A model generated the notes under the pieces. It made no database searches. It saw only the letters and a program-made list of their open reading frames with translations, and was not told the origin of the DNA. Below, piece after piece: positions 12,126 to 24,980 of a stretch of 64,000 nt of DNA. The stretch is from Octopus sinensis (taxonomy: Eukaryota), in contig NC_042997.1 of NCBI RefSeq assembly GCF_006345805.1, positions 120,962,001 through 121,026,000 on the forward strand. Direction: 5' to 3'. The position numbers were made by a program, and so were the translations under genes. Numbering within the stretch: position 1 is the stretch's first letter; every line of letters starts with the position of its first letter.

Positions 12126-13820
12126 TTTTTAAAATATATATGTGTATGTGTGTGTTTGTATGACGTGTTGGTGTTCACGTGCGAATGTAAGTGTATGCAC
12201 GTATGGATTCAGGTTCCTAGAAAACGAAAGAAAAAAACTTATACTAATGTTTGGATTCTCGAAATCGTCGTTAGCAAATGTGCACCTTCTCAACCTATCC
12301 ACGAAAACACCACTTATAACCCCCTTAATGTTATGTCGCAAATTGAAATTTCGAAACAGCTAGATGGCACATTAAAGTATTTGTGCGTTAATAGTTCCCT
12401 TTTTCCTTGCTATAAGGACCTACACAATATATATCTAGAAATTTATTTGCGGAAACAGTTTTTCGATTATTGTAAATAATGCCCAATTTGTGTTCTCCAA
12501 CAGTGAGTTGGAGAGTAGAGATTTGGTGAAGAGGATATCAGTGGACTATACATAAAGCCATTCAATTTGTTTTTCTACACACGAGTGTATTGCAGAGACG
12601 TTAATTGCAAATTACGTACCAAGAAATTTGTGAAATATGCAAATTAGTCTATCGGCTTTTCAATAATCTCTAATGATATTTCTTTTATTATATCATTAAA
12701 ACGGTTTGTCTGTCCAGAAAAGCGTCAGGTATACAAATTACACTCTTCTGTTCCCTTTAACTCTTAGAATTATTTGCTCTGCAATCAGCGTTTTGGTAAA
12801 TAATTAAAACGATTACAAAGAAATTAACAAATGTTCCAATGAGAATTGAAACGTAATCAGAGATTTTGGCGATTATTTTTCTTTTAATGAACGTATTTCA
12901 GATGCAGTGTCGTCATTTGTTAGACGTATAACGCTTTTATTTATAAATAGATTATAGAGAATAAAGTAGCAATGTAAAAAGATTTAGCTTTGGCTAGCTA
13001 ATAGTTATGAGCATTGTGGTAGCTCCTGGTTCGAAATCTTTGTTCTCGAGACGCAGTTAAACATACTTCGGAATTTAACATGGCCTTTGCAATCCACATC
13101 TTTGCGCTGAAGCTTCTTCTCACGTATTCCCTTCTTTTTCTCAGTATCATTAGTTTCTATATATCTTTCATTTCACTGTGTCTCTTTCATTTTATCTCGC
13201 CACTCCTTAATTCCTCTATACCTCAGCCTCCACCACTTTCTCGTCTCTCCCCACGTGACCGGTGTTCGGCTAAGCCTGGCCTTTCTTTCTTAGATCGACT
13301 GCCATCCGTGCAACATCTCTATTCCTCTCTGTGCCAATGTAATCTCATGTCCCTGCCGTAAGGCTTTACTTCCAGACACGCCAGCTTAATCGAATTCATC
13401 CTTTGTCGAAAAACATCTGTTGTTTTTTTCCTGTTAACTGCATTTGTATTTGTGCAACATTTCTCCGTTTTTCCCGTCATTTTCCTATACATTCGCTGCT
13501 TTGTTCCAAAGAATCTAATACTCTTAGCTTATTTTTTCCTTGGGGCTGGCCAGATAGGAGCAATCTCGAGTATAACCAGCCTAAGTTGCAAAAACAAGTT
13601 GGATCTCGACTGAGGATAGATAACACCGGGTGACCCGTCCTTGTTTTCTTTGTATCGTCTGTCTTCATGTTTCGTTGTCCCTTTTTCTGTCATCTAACTG
13701 ACTGAATGTTTTGCGTTCTTGTCCCATTTTTGTATTTTTGTATATATAAAATATAGCGGCGTACGTACACTTTGCTCTCTCTTATAAATATATATGTATA
13801 TCTATCTATCTATCTATCTG

Positions 13821-13920
<100 letters not shown>

Positions 13921-16653
13921 ATATACACACACACACAAATATATATTGGTGTCTTTTATATATAGAAAAGAGATTTCACTTTCGAACGGTTGCTATTTGT
14001 AATAGTTTTTAGTTTTTTGGTTTTACTTTAATTATACAATTTTTTCCTGCTACAGAAGAGATAACAATGTTCATGTTGAGAATATCATAAACGTTACTTA
14101 TTAGTAGAACAACAATCATATACATATTCCATTGTTTTTGTAATTAGATGCGTATTATGTATTAGTCTGATGCATCTAAATTATTCTTTCTTTTTCTGTT
14201 GTCTAGTTCAGCTATGTCTAGTTCATTAATTGCTGATTATATGTGCGTCAGTGCTTTATTTAAGTCTCTTATCTCAGTTTCTGTATCTAATAAAATGTTT
14301 GTAATTTAGCAGTATTTTTCCACTCTAAAGCATTGCCTTGACATTTGTTTTTAAAAAAAGTATTTCATGTCAATTCACCAACTAAATACGTCTAATGTTT
14401 GTTCCGGTTTTTATATATAATATTCTGATTTTTAAATATGAAAATATTTTCCCGTTTCCATCGTAGTTTCCGCATTCGAATCCATTTAAAAAGGTTAATT
14501 CCAGACAGATAATAAACAGTGGAAGTTTAATTGCAATAATTCCGAGAGAAATACAATTCGTTTTTGTAATTCATTCTCGAGTTTGTAATTGCACAATCGT
14601 TTGTCTTGTGTTCATGGCATGATTAATGTACTTGACTGTTGTTCGTTGTATTTTATACATTTCTAATATTTCCAAACGTGTTGGTTGGAAATCTGTCTAT
14701 ACATTTCTGGTAATGAATCCCGGCAATACTCAGATTATTCACGTTATTCTATCTTCCGCTGTTATCGTTGGCTGGACAATAATAATTCGTATGGTTTCTC
14801 TACATTTTTTATAACATTCGGTGATTTCAACGACAGTATCTTCCAGTTATTAGTCGCGAAGCAATTATAGTTAAAGTCTTATATGTTACAGGTAACAATG
14901 ATTTAAGTCAGTAGCTGTTTATATTTCTCTTCCATATGTGATTACTTTCTTTCGTGTCCATCAGCAATAATTTGGGTGACTAAAATATTTTTTCTTCCAG
15001 TAAATCATCTAAATAGTTTCACACTGAAATTGTGATTGTCTGTGTCAGAAAGTGAAGAATGAAAATGTTTACTGCTGACGAGAGGAACTGTATCGAACAG
15101 TATCTAGTATGTCTAAGGCAGATCCGCTATTCAGTCGACTTATTCGTTTAGCCATTTTCGTTCGACTAGTGAATATGGTGAAAGTGTCTAAAGATTATAC
15201 GAGATTGAAAATACTAAAGATAGATAATTTTCCTCCCAACAAATCCTCGTTTGCGTCATCAAGCTCCAGTTGAAAAGGAATGTATGAATGGAAAGAGCCG
15301 TGTAGCTCAAATTAAAATTTTCAATGGTGGATGAGAGTTGCAGTATCGTCAGGTTAATTATATGTATCATGCAATAATCATATAGGTAAGTGTTCCAAAC
15401 ATGACAGGACACTTTCCCTTGATAATAAAGACAATCTTAGAAATGTGCTATTTTGTTGATGGTGTTGTGAGATCAGTTTGTTGCTGATATGATATGAGCT
15501 CCGGCAGTTTCTCTATACGATGTATGAGATCCACATAAACCATAAAGTACTGTAGGACATCAAATACAAACATATTAATAAACGATAGCTTTAGGTTTTT
15601 CAAACATATCTTTACAATTTTCAATAACTTTTCGAGTATTTTTTGCTTTCCAAACTTTATTATTGCTAAGGAGGCTATCAGCCAAAGCGCTCACGCGGTT
15701 ATAGTTTATTGATATTTCAATAAAAAGAAACAAAAGCAGACACTCCTTGTGTCTGAAATAACAACATCCACGTTTAAAACCTCCAGCAACTTCTTTTTGT
15801 TATATATTTCAGAGGGACACTTCAAATTCAAGCATTCACCCTCTCTTTTCTATCACAGCTTTGTTTCAGGAAAAAGTAATACCGTTCTGAATTGGAACCA
15901 CATATTTTCATTCTTCCATACCGTGTATAATTTATTGTATCTTTGCTAAATTGTGATTTCGGTGTACCTGAAACCTGTTCACCATACTTTCATAAAATAA
16001 GGGAAACATTATATCATATTGACTTATGAGCTATATATTGATTTAAGTTTGAAAGGGAAAAAAGTAGTTCGACATAAATGTCTACGTGACCTATCGATGC
16101 ATGATAAAATTATAGATGTCATAAACTACCGATATTTTCCGATGCATTTCCTAAATTGGTTTACTTTTTGGCTTTGGTCAATAACTGTTTGCTTGTAAGT
16201 TTGAATAGTTTTCATTGCCCACACATAGCATGATATGCATATAGTTTTCCTTTAAACATATCAAAATTGATTCGTTCACAGATGCATACAGATAAGATAA
16301 GAACTCAATTAAATGCAAAAATCTATTTCAGGTTCTGTAAATTTGGATTCGTTCATAGAATACAAATATCTTTAAGTGCAATCATGTTATAATAACACTC
16401 GGTGAAACACACACACATACATACACACACACATACATACACAAAGAAGCGCGAACAGACGCTCACATACATTTTCAGATGTATACACGGATATATATAT
16501 ATGTGTGTGTGCGTGTGTGCGTGTGTGTGTGTGTGTGCATGTGTGTGTGTTTGTGTGTGCGAGTGTGTGTGTGTGCATGTGGTGTGTGTGCATGCATATA
16601 CACACGCGCATATACACGAATATAAACATGCATATATATTTTTATATATAGAC

Positions 16654-16716
<63 letters not shown>

Positions 16717-16740
16717 TTATACATATATATATATATATAT

Positions 16741-16810
<70 letters not shown>

Positions 16811-16827
16811 TATATGTATATGTATGT

Positions 16828-16889
16828 ATGCGACATTTCATTTGAAACAACATTATATATATAAGGTTGTTTCACATGAAATGTCGCAT
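16828..16889. repeat. 62-bp palindrome made of two outward-facing mariner-type TIR ends
   Basis: 24-nt arms ATGCGACATTTCATTTGAAACAAC / GTTGTTTCACATGAAATGTCGCAT (23/24 paired) around attatatatataag. Confidence 0.85.
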
Positions 16890-16894
16890 ACACA

Positions 16895-16951
<57 letters not shown>

Positions 16952-16962
16952 TATTGAAATGG

Positions 16963-17372
16963 ATAAATGAATTATCTTGTTACGGATTATTCAAATGTTA
17001 ACCAACACTAGTCATACAGAATACATTCACACTCTTTGATTTTTGTGTAACCCCCCCCCCCGCTGTTAACCGGATTTTGACCTTGAATTATCACAACGGA
17101 CTTTTTCGTCGGCTTTCACCCAGCCTGGCGTCAACGCATATTGAGAGACAGTTTTGTGCCATTTATCCCATGGGCTCCTCGCGAGCGTTTGTCGAAAAGC
17201 TTGCTGTGCATTTTGTTGGAGAATTAAGTTCCTGGACTTTCCTGAAGAGAAGGCTGCAAAATGGTCTCCTTATTCAATCCGAATTAGGGACTTTGCAGCC
17301 TTTGAAACATATGTAGAAAATAATAAAAAGGAATTTTGTTAAATCTTCGTTCAGCTCCATTTCTTCCTACAT
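16963..17372 (+). mobile_element. Small hammerhead-bearing non-coding element (family A, copy 2) inside (TA)n
   Basis: Homologous to 11808-12125; (TA)n on both sides. Confidence 0.78.
17238..17319 (+). ncRNA. Type I hammerhead ribozyme
   Basis: Stem I TTTC/GAAA; core CTGAAGA (17242-48); 12-bp stem II GAAGGCTGCAAA/TTTGCAGCCTTT; GAAAC (17304-08); palindromic stem III ACATATGT; GUA cleavage triplet (17313-15). Confidence 0.85.
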
Positions 17373-17456
<84 letters not shown>

Positions 17457-17458
<2 letters not shown>

Positions 17459-17518
17459 GCGACATTTCATTTGAAACAACATTATATATATAAGGTTGTT
17501 TCACATGAAATGTCGCAT
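17457..17518. repeat. Second, identical copy of the 62-bp TIR palindrome
   Basis: Same sequence as 16828-16889. The right arm continues into a mariner body. Confidence 0.85.
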
Positions 17519-18330
17519 TTCTAATTGTTATTTCAATCATTTAAAAACTCAATTATTTATACCTTTAATCATGACTCTTTTTCTCTAACAATATTGGTAT
17601 ACAAAATTCGTATCTACAGGCCTTATGAAACTGATAACAACCAAACTATGCTGAGTGATTTTCATTCTGTGTCACTCTGTCGCAAACGCTCGACGGAGTA
17701 TCAAGCGGGCCTTTGGTAATGGTTTTGTTGACAGCAGAACTATTCAGAGATGGTTCCAAAGCTGCCATTCAGGAAATGATGGCCTTGGAAATAAACCAAG
17801 GACAAAATCTGTTATTCGGCATGATGGATTAAATGCCTTGGTTGAACAAAGTCCGAGAACAAAGGTTCGAAAACTTCCATCAGAACTCCAAACACCTCCC
17901 TCAACTCTTTATGAAAACCTGTAAAATAATTGTAGAAGTCAAGAAAACGGATAGGCTTGTTCCACATCAACTGAACGAGATACAAAAAACAAAAAAGTAG
18001 ACGCCTGGAAAAAGACCACTTTTGCATCAAATCATTACTTGTGATGAGAAATAGATACTCTTTGACAACAGTAGGAGAACAGGACAGTGATTAGATGCAG
18101 GAGAGTCACCTAAATACTAACCAAACCTACCATTGCGCCCTAAAATCTTAGTGGTCAGTGTATAGTGGTCTGCGAAGAGAGTTATTTATCATTCATTTCT
18201 CCAACAAGGAGAAACGATGACAACATCATATTGCCAGGAAACTGATTGTATGCATGTGAATTTGAAAAACGAAGAAACCCAGATTAGTGAATAGAGGTGG
18301 CCCAATTTTAAACAAGAACACAACACATTA
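17491..18330 (+). mobile_element. Degenerate, 3'-truncated mariner (IS630-Tc1-mariner) transposon
   Basis: TIR taaggttgtttcacatgaaatgtcgcattt after TA. Remnant peptides include RTIQRWFQ (HTH region), VPHQL and HQIITCDEK (first catalytic Asp). Confidence 0.8.
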
Positions 18331-18379
18331 CCCAGTTTAAGAATTGTAGTTCCGAAATATATATATATATATATATATA

Positions 18380-18612
18380 GCGTGTGAGTACGTGCGTGTT
18401 TGTTGGTTTGTGTCTGTGTTTGTCTCTCATCACTTCTTCACAGCCAGTTTGGTGTGTTTACGTACCCGTCACTTAGTGCTTCTGCAAATGCGCCCGGTAG
18501 AATAAGTACTATATTCATATCAAAAAAGAAAGTACTTCGGTTTGATTCATTCTACTAGCATTATTCGTGGTTCTGCCCCAGCATGGTCGGAGTGTAACAA
18601 ATGAAACATCAG
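18380..18612 (+). mobile_element. Degenerate 3' half of SINE family 1
   Basis: ggtgtgtttacgtacccgtcacttag…agaataagtac…ccccagcatgg…aaatgaaaca. Confidence 0.65.
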
Positions 18613-21280
18613 ATAGATAAAAGCTAGACACACTCTCTCATGATAACGGCGCTTACGAGTTCGTTAGTTTCGCCTAAGTGTATTCTCGTGTGCTTTTACT
18701 TAACAAAAGGCGAATTAATTCTCGAGAGTATAGTTATTCATTGCAAGTGTAGGAAAACTGTTACTTACTCTGTTATGGCTCGTTATGTTGTTAAATACCA
18801 TTAGAAGAAATATCATAAAATATAGCCTGATGTTCATTAAGACCAATAAAACCAACATAACCGCAATCCTGCACTTATTTAACCAATAACCTATTCTAAC
18901 ACAGGCTGTTCTTGTCAGCTGATACAACACATGGAAAATATGTTATATCAGAAAATTCGTTATATCAGAAAATCCTCAGTATTTTAAACTTAAATCATGT
19001 AGAAGTACTAATTAAAATTAAGTTAATTAATCTAGCGGTATTTTTTCCTTTCCTTTCTTCTTTAAATATGTTCCTAAAAGTTTGAAATAATACACACAGC
19101 TAATTATCAATGTTAAAATCGTCCCTTATTGCTTGAATAAATACGAATAAATACATATATTCATTATATTAAATATTTATATATTTTATGTTAAAGAAGA
19201 TATTTTAATAATCCATTAGATCAAAATCATATACGCTCTAATTTAGAAACCTCTTTTCAAAACATAGAAAGTTTTCTTACCTAAAGTAATGATTTCATAT
19301 TTTGGTACAAGGCCTGCAATTTTAGGACAGATGGAAGTGTATTACATTGACCTCAGTGTTAAATTAGTTCTTATTTTATCGACGATGGAAGGATGAATGG
19401 CAGAGTCAAATTCGGTACTCTTTGAAATCAAAACGAAAAACCGGAAGAAATGCTAAGAATTTTTTTGCCGCAAACCAGAAATTGTCACCATGCCCTGAAA
19501 AGTATTTAACCAGAAATGTAAAAATACCGTTCGCTGCATCCAACAAATCGAAATCTAACTACTAATCTGTGCGTTTAGTCTCTTGTGAAAAAGGTATTCC
19601 TGCCAATATATTTTAAATGATGCCAATATGCATCAAACTGTAAGTTAGAATTTAATTAAAGAGAATCTGCAATGATAAATGGTCCAATGCCCTCTTTACA
19701 TATTATCGTTGAGCGGTTTTGATGAAATTAATTTTGAACTTAAGTAGCATTATCACCACAGCAAGTGTGCTTTCGGGAGCGATTTGGATTCCTTAAAACG
19801 TTGAAACCCAGAAGCAAATTTGAACATTTTCTTTCTTCTATCCCTCAAGAAATGTGTTTTATGAAGGGTGACAATCCCGAAACCATGTGCTTCATTAGAA
19901 CAATACTATTTCTATTATATCAACGGAGAGGATAAATGTATGCACTGGAAATTTTTTTCTCATGATAGTTGTGCCGTTGCCAAATTACAGAGACGACATT
20001 TATATCCATGAATCACTATTCTGTAAAAATATATGTGAAAGACCTGTAAACAACGTAATTGTATTTAACCTACCTGCCAGGTGCCACCAATGATATGACC
20101 ACAGTTAAACATCAATAGAAGGAACAAACTCACATTAACTACGTGCACCAAATAGCATTAAATCGTATCTCTAACCACACTTCCCCAAATTCTGTAACAG
20201 TTATCATTTTATGATATTTTAAGGGAGTAATAAATAATTCTATAATCGAAATATTTAGCTTCTAACTGCATCCGAAACATTAATAGACGTGTTTTTGTTT
20301 TTAACTAAAAACAAATGAGACAGAAAAATGCAAAAACAAAAGCGTAAATAAACTGTGGATCCACCGTCACACTATTTTTTTGAAATGAAATGAAACTTGA
20401 AACATATTATTTGAGATTATTTATTATTATTGAAAATAATAAATAATATATATTCAATTAATTACACTTATAATCTATAATAACATGAATTTGAAATACT
20501 TACAAAATTATAAATGTAGGGTAACAGTGGTAGATAGAATCTAGTTTATACACAAACTGTTCACTAAAAGGATGGATAGGGGAAGAATGTTTATTGGAAT
20601 ATCTCCTCACTCACAACAACAAAAAGAAATTAATCTGACTACTGGCTACAGTGTATTGTATATCATTATAGAAACAAGATTTTTGTGGAGATAGCATTAG
20701 TCGGCAGGAACACCATTAAGGCAAGTATAAATCTGAAACTGATATGAAAGAGAAACAGCCACCCCGACAAAAAAGTAAAATCGAATACAAAGATGCACAG
20801 CAATTCTATTCAAAAGCCTTACTTACGTTTACCGCCTTCATGCTCATCAGTATTCACGACGCCATATTGATTTATGTATTATTTTGAACACAATTTTCCC
20901 CTTTAACCAAACAGATATTATTGACTTTATTATCATATAGAAATGTGATAAATCATCGTTTTATTGTTTTCTAATTGTTTCATAGAGAAATATTCCATTA
21001 AAATTATATTATGAAATGTCAGGTAGACAGGATCTGAATAATCCTTTAAACTACCATCAAGTGAAAACTCTTGATCATGAGGTTTCGTAAAATATTGAAA
21101 TTTATATATTGCTTAATAGAAAATCAGAAACGTTTAATTAATCATCAATTATGTAGAAGTTAGCCCACAAACTCAAAAGTATGTTCATTGTCCACAAACT
21201 AAGTTTGAATATTTACATGGTCTTCTTTGATCAAAGATACACATGCATTTGTATTTATATAAATGTCATTTTTACAATTT

Positions 21281-21488
21281 TACTCTTTTACTTGTTTCAG
21301 TCATTTGACTGTGGCCATGCTGGAGCACCGCCTTTAGTCGAGAAAATCGACCCCAGGACTTATTCTTTGTAGGTCTAATACTTATTCTATCGGTCTCCTT
21401 TACTAAACCTCGAAGTTACGGGGACGTAAACACACCAGCATCGGTTGTCAAGGGATGTTGTGGGGGAAAACACACACACACAAACACC

Positions 21489-21541
<53 letters not shown>

Positions 21542-21695
21542 ATATACATACATATATACGACGGGCTTCTTTCAGTTTCCGTCTACTAAATCCACTCACA
21601 AGGCTTTGGTCGGCCCAAGCCTATAGTAGAAGACACTTGTCCAAAGTGCCACACAGTGGTACTGAACCCGGAACCATGAGGTTCGTAAGCAAGCT
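21281..21695 (-). mobile_element. tRNA-derived SINE family 1
   Basis: Same blocks as 55737-56140, in reverse. Confidence 0.88.
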
Positions 21696-21749
21696 GAGCA
21701 GAATATTTGAAGGAAGAATGTCCTTGCAGTTCTATATTTAACAGATGCG

Positions 21750-21965
21750 GAATTATGTACATTATTTACATTTTTTAGTGTTGTTAACAACGTTTCGGCT
21801 AATATACCCTCCAGCCCTCATCAGATGTCTTAGGAATAAGAACCCAGGATCGAAATTTCCCCCAAGGTACCTGATGATTGCTGGAGGTTATATCAGCCGA
21901 AAAGTTATGTTAACAACAAATATGAAGAGGACAAATATCCGTCAAATAGAAATAATGTAAGTAAG
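21750..21965. repeat. Inverted repeat with hammerhead-like cores on both strands (Penelope-type inverted pLTR remnant)
   Basis: Arms 21780-21824 and 21871-21917 are reverse complements, each carrying CTGATGA…GCCGAAA. Confidence 0.65.
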
Positions 21966-23827
21966 AATGTTGTTGATCATGCATTAAATTTCTTATCACC
22001 ATAATGACAATATATATCGAATGGGGGCCCCGACGATTTGGGTCGTTAGAATTCGCAGCAATTTTGTCGCAGCTAATACTGTTCGAAAGCAAAAAATGCT
22101 CGCAAAGATTTCCTAAGACATCGCTGTGGAGCCTCTAATGTTTCCGCAAATCGGCTGCATGAGATTGTTAGGATAATACACCAATATATTTGCTGTAGTA
22201 ATGCATCTCTCCCACCTCCTATATTATGAGTTTTACCCTAATACACAAAAGTATATATTAAAACATATTCACTATATTTGATTTCATTTCTTCACAGCAA
22301 AATATAGATTAAATGGGATTTTTCGGCCTAAACGTATTCCATGATACAACTTTTAATTTCAAAGTGAAGTTTCTGGGTGCAAATATTACAAAACGCGCCT
22401 CTTAAATTTACGCTTTGGAAACTTACAATCAGCACAATTTTGTGAATTTAGCTAAATTAGAATAAGAATATTTTGAATTGAAGATAAATTATTGTACGAT
22501 GAAACTTCATAGAGAACAGGGAGAATTCTATGTTCACTAGTTTGAGAATTTTTTTGAAACATGACATTAAAAGGATGAGAATTTTGTGGAAGGCCTTACA
22601 ATTAATTTATCCGAACTGAAAGAAATATATACTATCATAAAGATGATATACAGATTTAAATTACTGAAATCTTTTCCTTTCAGTGACGGATGAGAATTAC
22701 GTTTAAAGTTGTATAATATAGTTGTGCATCACTGTGTGTTTCACCTTTTTCATTTAGCGTCTCTTTGAGGAAGAGGTTTGCATGGCTGTATATATGTATA
22801 AGTGTATGTGAGATCCTGTGTGATTTTGTTGACACAGCTGAAGTGCCTCAGCTGTTAAGTAGCTTCATAATATGTAAACAATTACATGCTCAATTCCTTT
22901 GACAATTTAATATAAAAGAATTGACGTAACTATATTCTTCAAACAAATAATTTCATTTCACGTAACCTGGAGCTTTTGCATTCATACGACATGCGAGACA
23001 TACGAAGACAATTTCCGTCAATCGTGCGATACCTTCTGCTAAGAGATATAGATATTTGTCTAATGTAGTGTTACACAGGATAAGACACGCAGAATGGCCA
23101 TGGTTGGAATGTATCCGACAGTCTATTCTTTTAACTGGTATTGAGCTAGACCAAAACAACTAACACCTCGACAACACAACAATTATTGATACGAATAATG
23201 TCTACTGAAATAGTCCATAAAATGATGGTGAAATAATTAATAATGTATGTATGAAAGGAAAAAATATATTCTAAATAAAGGAATTTTAATGGCTTGTTTT
23301 GTTGCTTGTTTAAATATCTTCATTGTAAAAAAATGTAATAAAGTAATCATAAATTCATAAAACAACATAGATGAAAAGTTGTTAAGATATGCAAGTCATA
23401 GAAATAATGAGGCGTATGAGAAACAATAAAGGAACAATTTATTGTGGATATATTCAAATTTTAGATATCTTTCATATAGATATATGTGTGTATGTGTTTG
23501 TATTTTTTTTTATCAAAGCGGAATGTAAGAATAGTATGTAAATACATTTATTTACGGCAATTTTAATTGTAAGTAGAAGAGTATAACCCATTTCCGAAAC
23601 AATGAATGATTTTATTGATTCCAATAAAGACTGGCGTTTGCAAATTTACAAACACACATACATGCATATACAAACACACACGTAGATACATAGAAGCATA
23701 CATACACATACACACACATATATATATATACATACATACATACATACATACATACATACTTACATACATACATACATACACATATACGCATACATAATAT
23801 ATATGTATGCAACTATTTTCGTATATA

Positions 23828-23876
<49 letters not shown>

Positions 23877-24549
23877 ACATATATTCTATAATTTTTCATT
23901 TCATATGTTTCATGGTAAACATTTGTTGATGAAGATAACTTGATGATTTAGAATAGTTGGAACGCTATATAAATTTACACTTTATACACGTTGAGTTACA
24001 TAATACTTTTGTTTCTTAGTAAAGCATTTCTTTAAAAACGAAATAGCTCTGTCCGGCTCTATTAATGCATTTTTACTTCGTAGTATGTCTGTTACAGAAA
24101 ATGAAAAGTTTTTGTAATGGAAGTCAATCGAATAATGCAGTTTAGTTTCATATAAATTTAACGTTAGAGATTGGTCACCAGTTCTTAACACTGAGCAGCA
24201 CAAAAAATCTATATTCAATTCAATTTCCATTTATTTCATGTCATCTCAAAAACAATTGTCTCACGCTTGCGAATTGATCACTATCGCATTTCCATTCCAA
24301 ATCGCGGAACTGCATTGACTTTTTTTTTTAATATTATTTAAAAATAATCTTTGGATATCCCGAAGGATTTCCAATGTTGCTAAGCTCAAACGCATTTATT
24401 ATATCCTTCTGTTCTATGTAAATATAATTAGCAATTTAGAGACCTTTTCTTTCCCATATTTCATTTTCTTTTTTTTTTTTAATTTACATATAGTTTGAGG
24501 TCAGCTTTCAGGAAATCCTCTTCTTCCAACACTTACCTTAACTTGTAAC

Positions 24550-24980
24550 ACACCAGATCGGATGCTTTCACAAATTTCTAGAAAGTCTGACGTTTCCTAT
24601 CTATATCTTCATCTGCCCTGCTTTCTCTTTCGTTCCCCTGCCATCGATAGGAGAGTCTTACTTTGTGCTTCCGATCTCTGAAAGCCTGATTTTGTATGCA
24701 TTCGCTCTTCTCTCTGGAACAAATCCAATGCATTTGTCTTGCATTAGTGAAATAAATCCTTTGTGGTTATTGCTATAGACTTGCGTAAAATGACTTTGTA
24801 TCTAATTGTGTTTCACCATTTCCTTTTAAACCGATTTATACTCAATTTTCAGATTTTCATGTTGGATAAGGTTCGTAATTGGCACGCATCTTGGAATTGC
24901 TTAGAACCATACATTACACATTCCAAATCTTCTATGGTCTAACAAAGTCCTTACGTTATTAATGAAGCAGAAACAATATT
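24550..24980 (-). mobile_element. Possible highly degenerate RTE-type LINE 3' remnant
   Basis: Minus strand reads LLSMAGERKRKQGR*RYR, similar to the G.R.RGR..RW motif at the end of RTE RT domains. Weak evidence. Confidence 0.3.

Noticed and set aside
15075-15110. CTGACGA followed by an ACTG/CAGT hairpin
   Set aside because: No GAAA and no stem I pairing.
17154-17342. 62-aa Cys-containing ORF as a possible host exon
   Set aside because: It lies wholly inside the multi-copy hammerhead element; the homologue at 11808 does not keep the frame.
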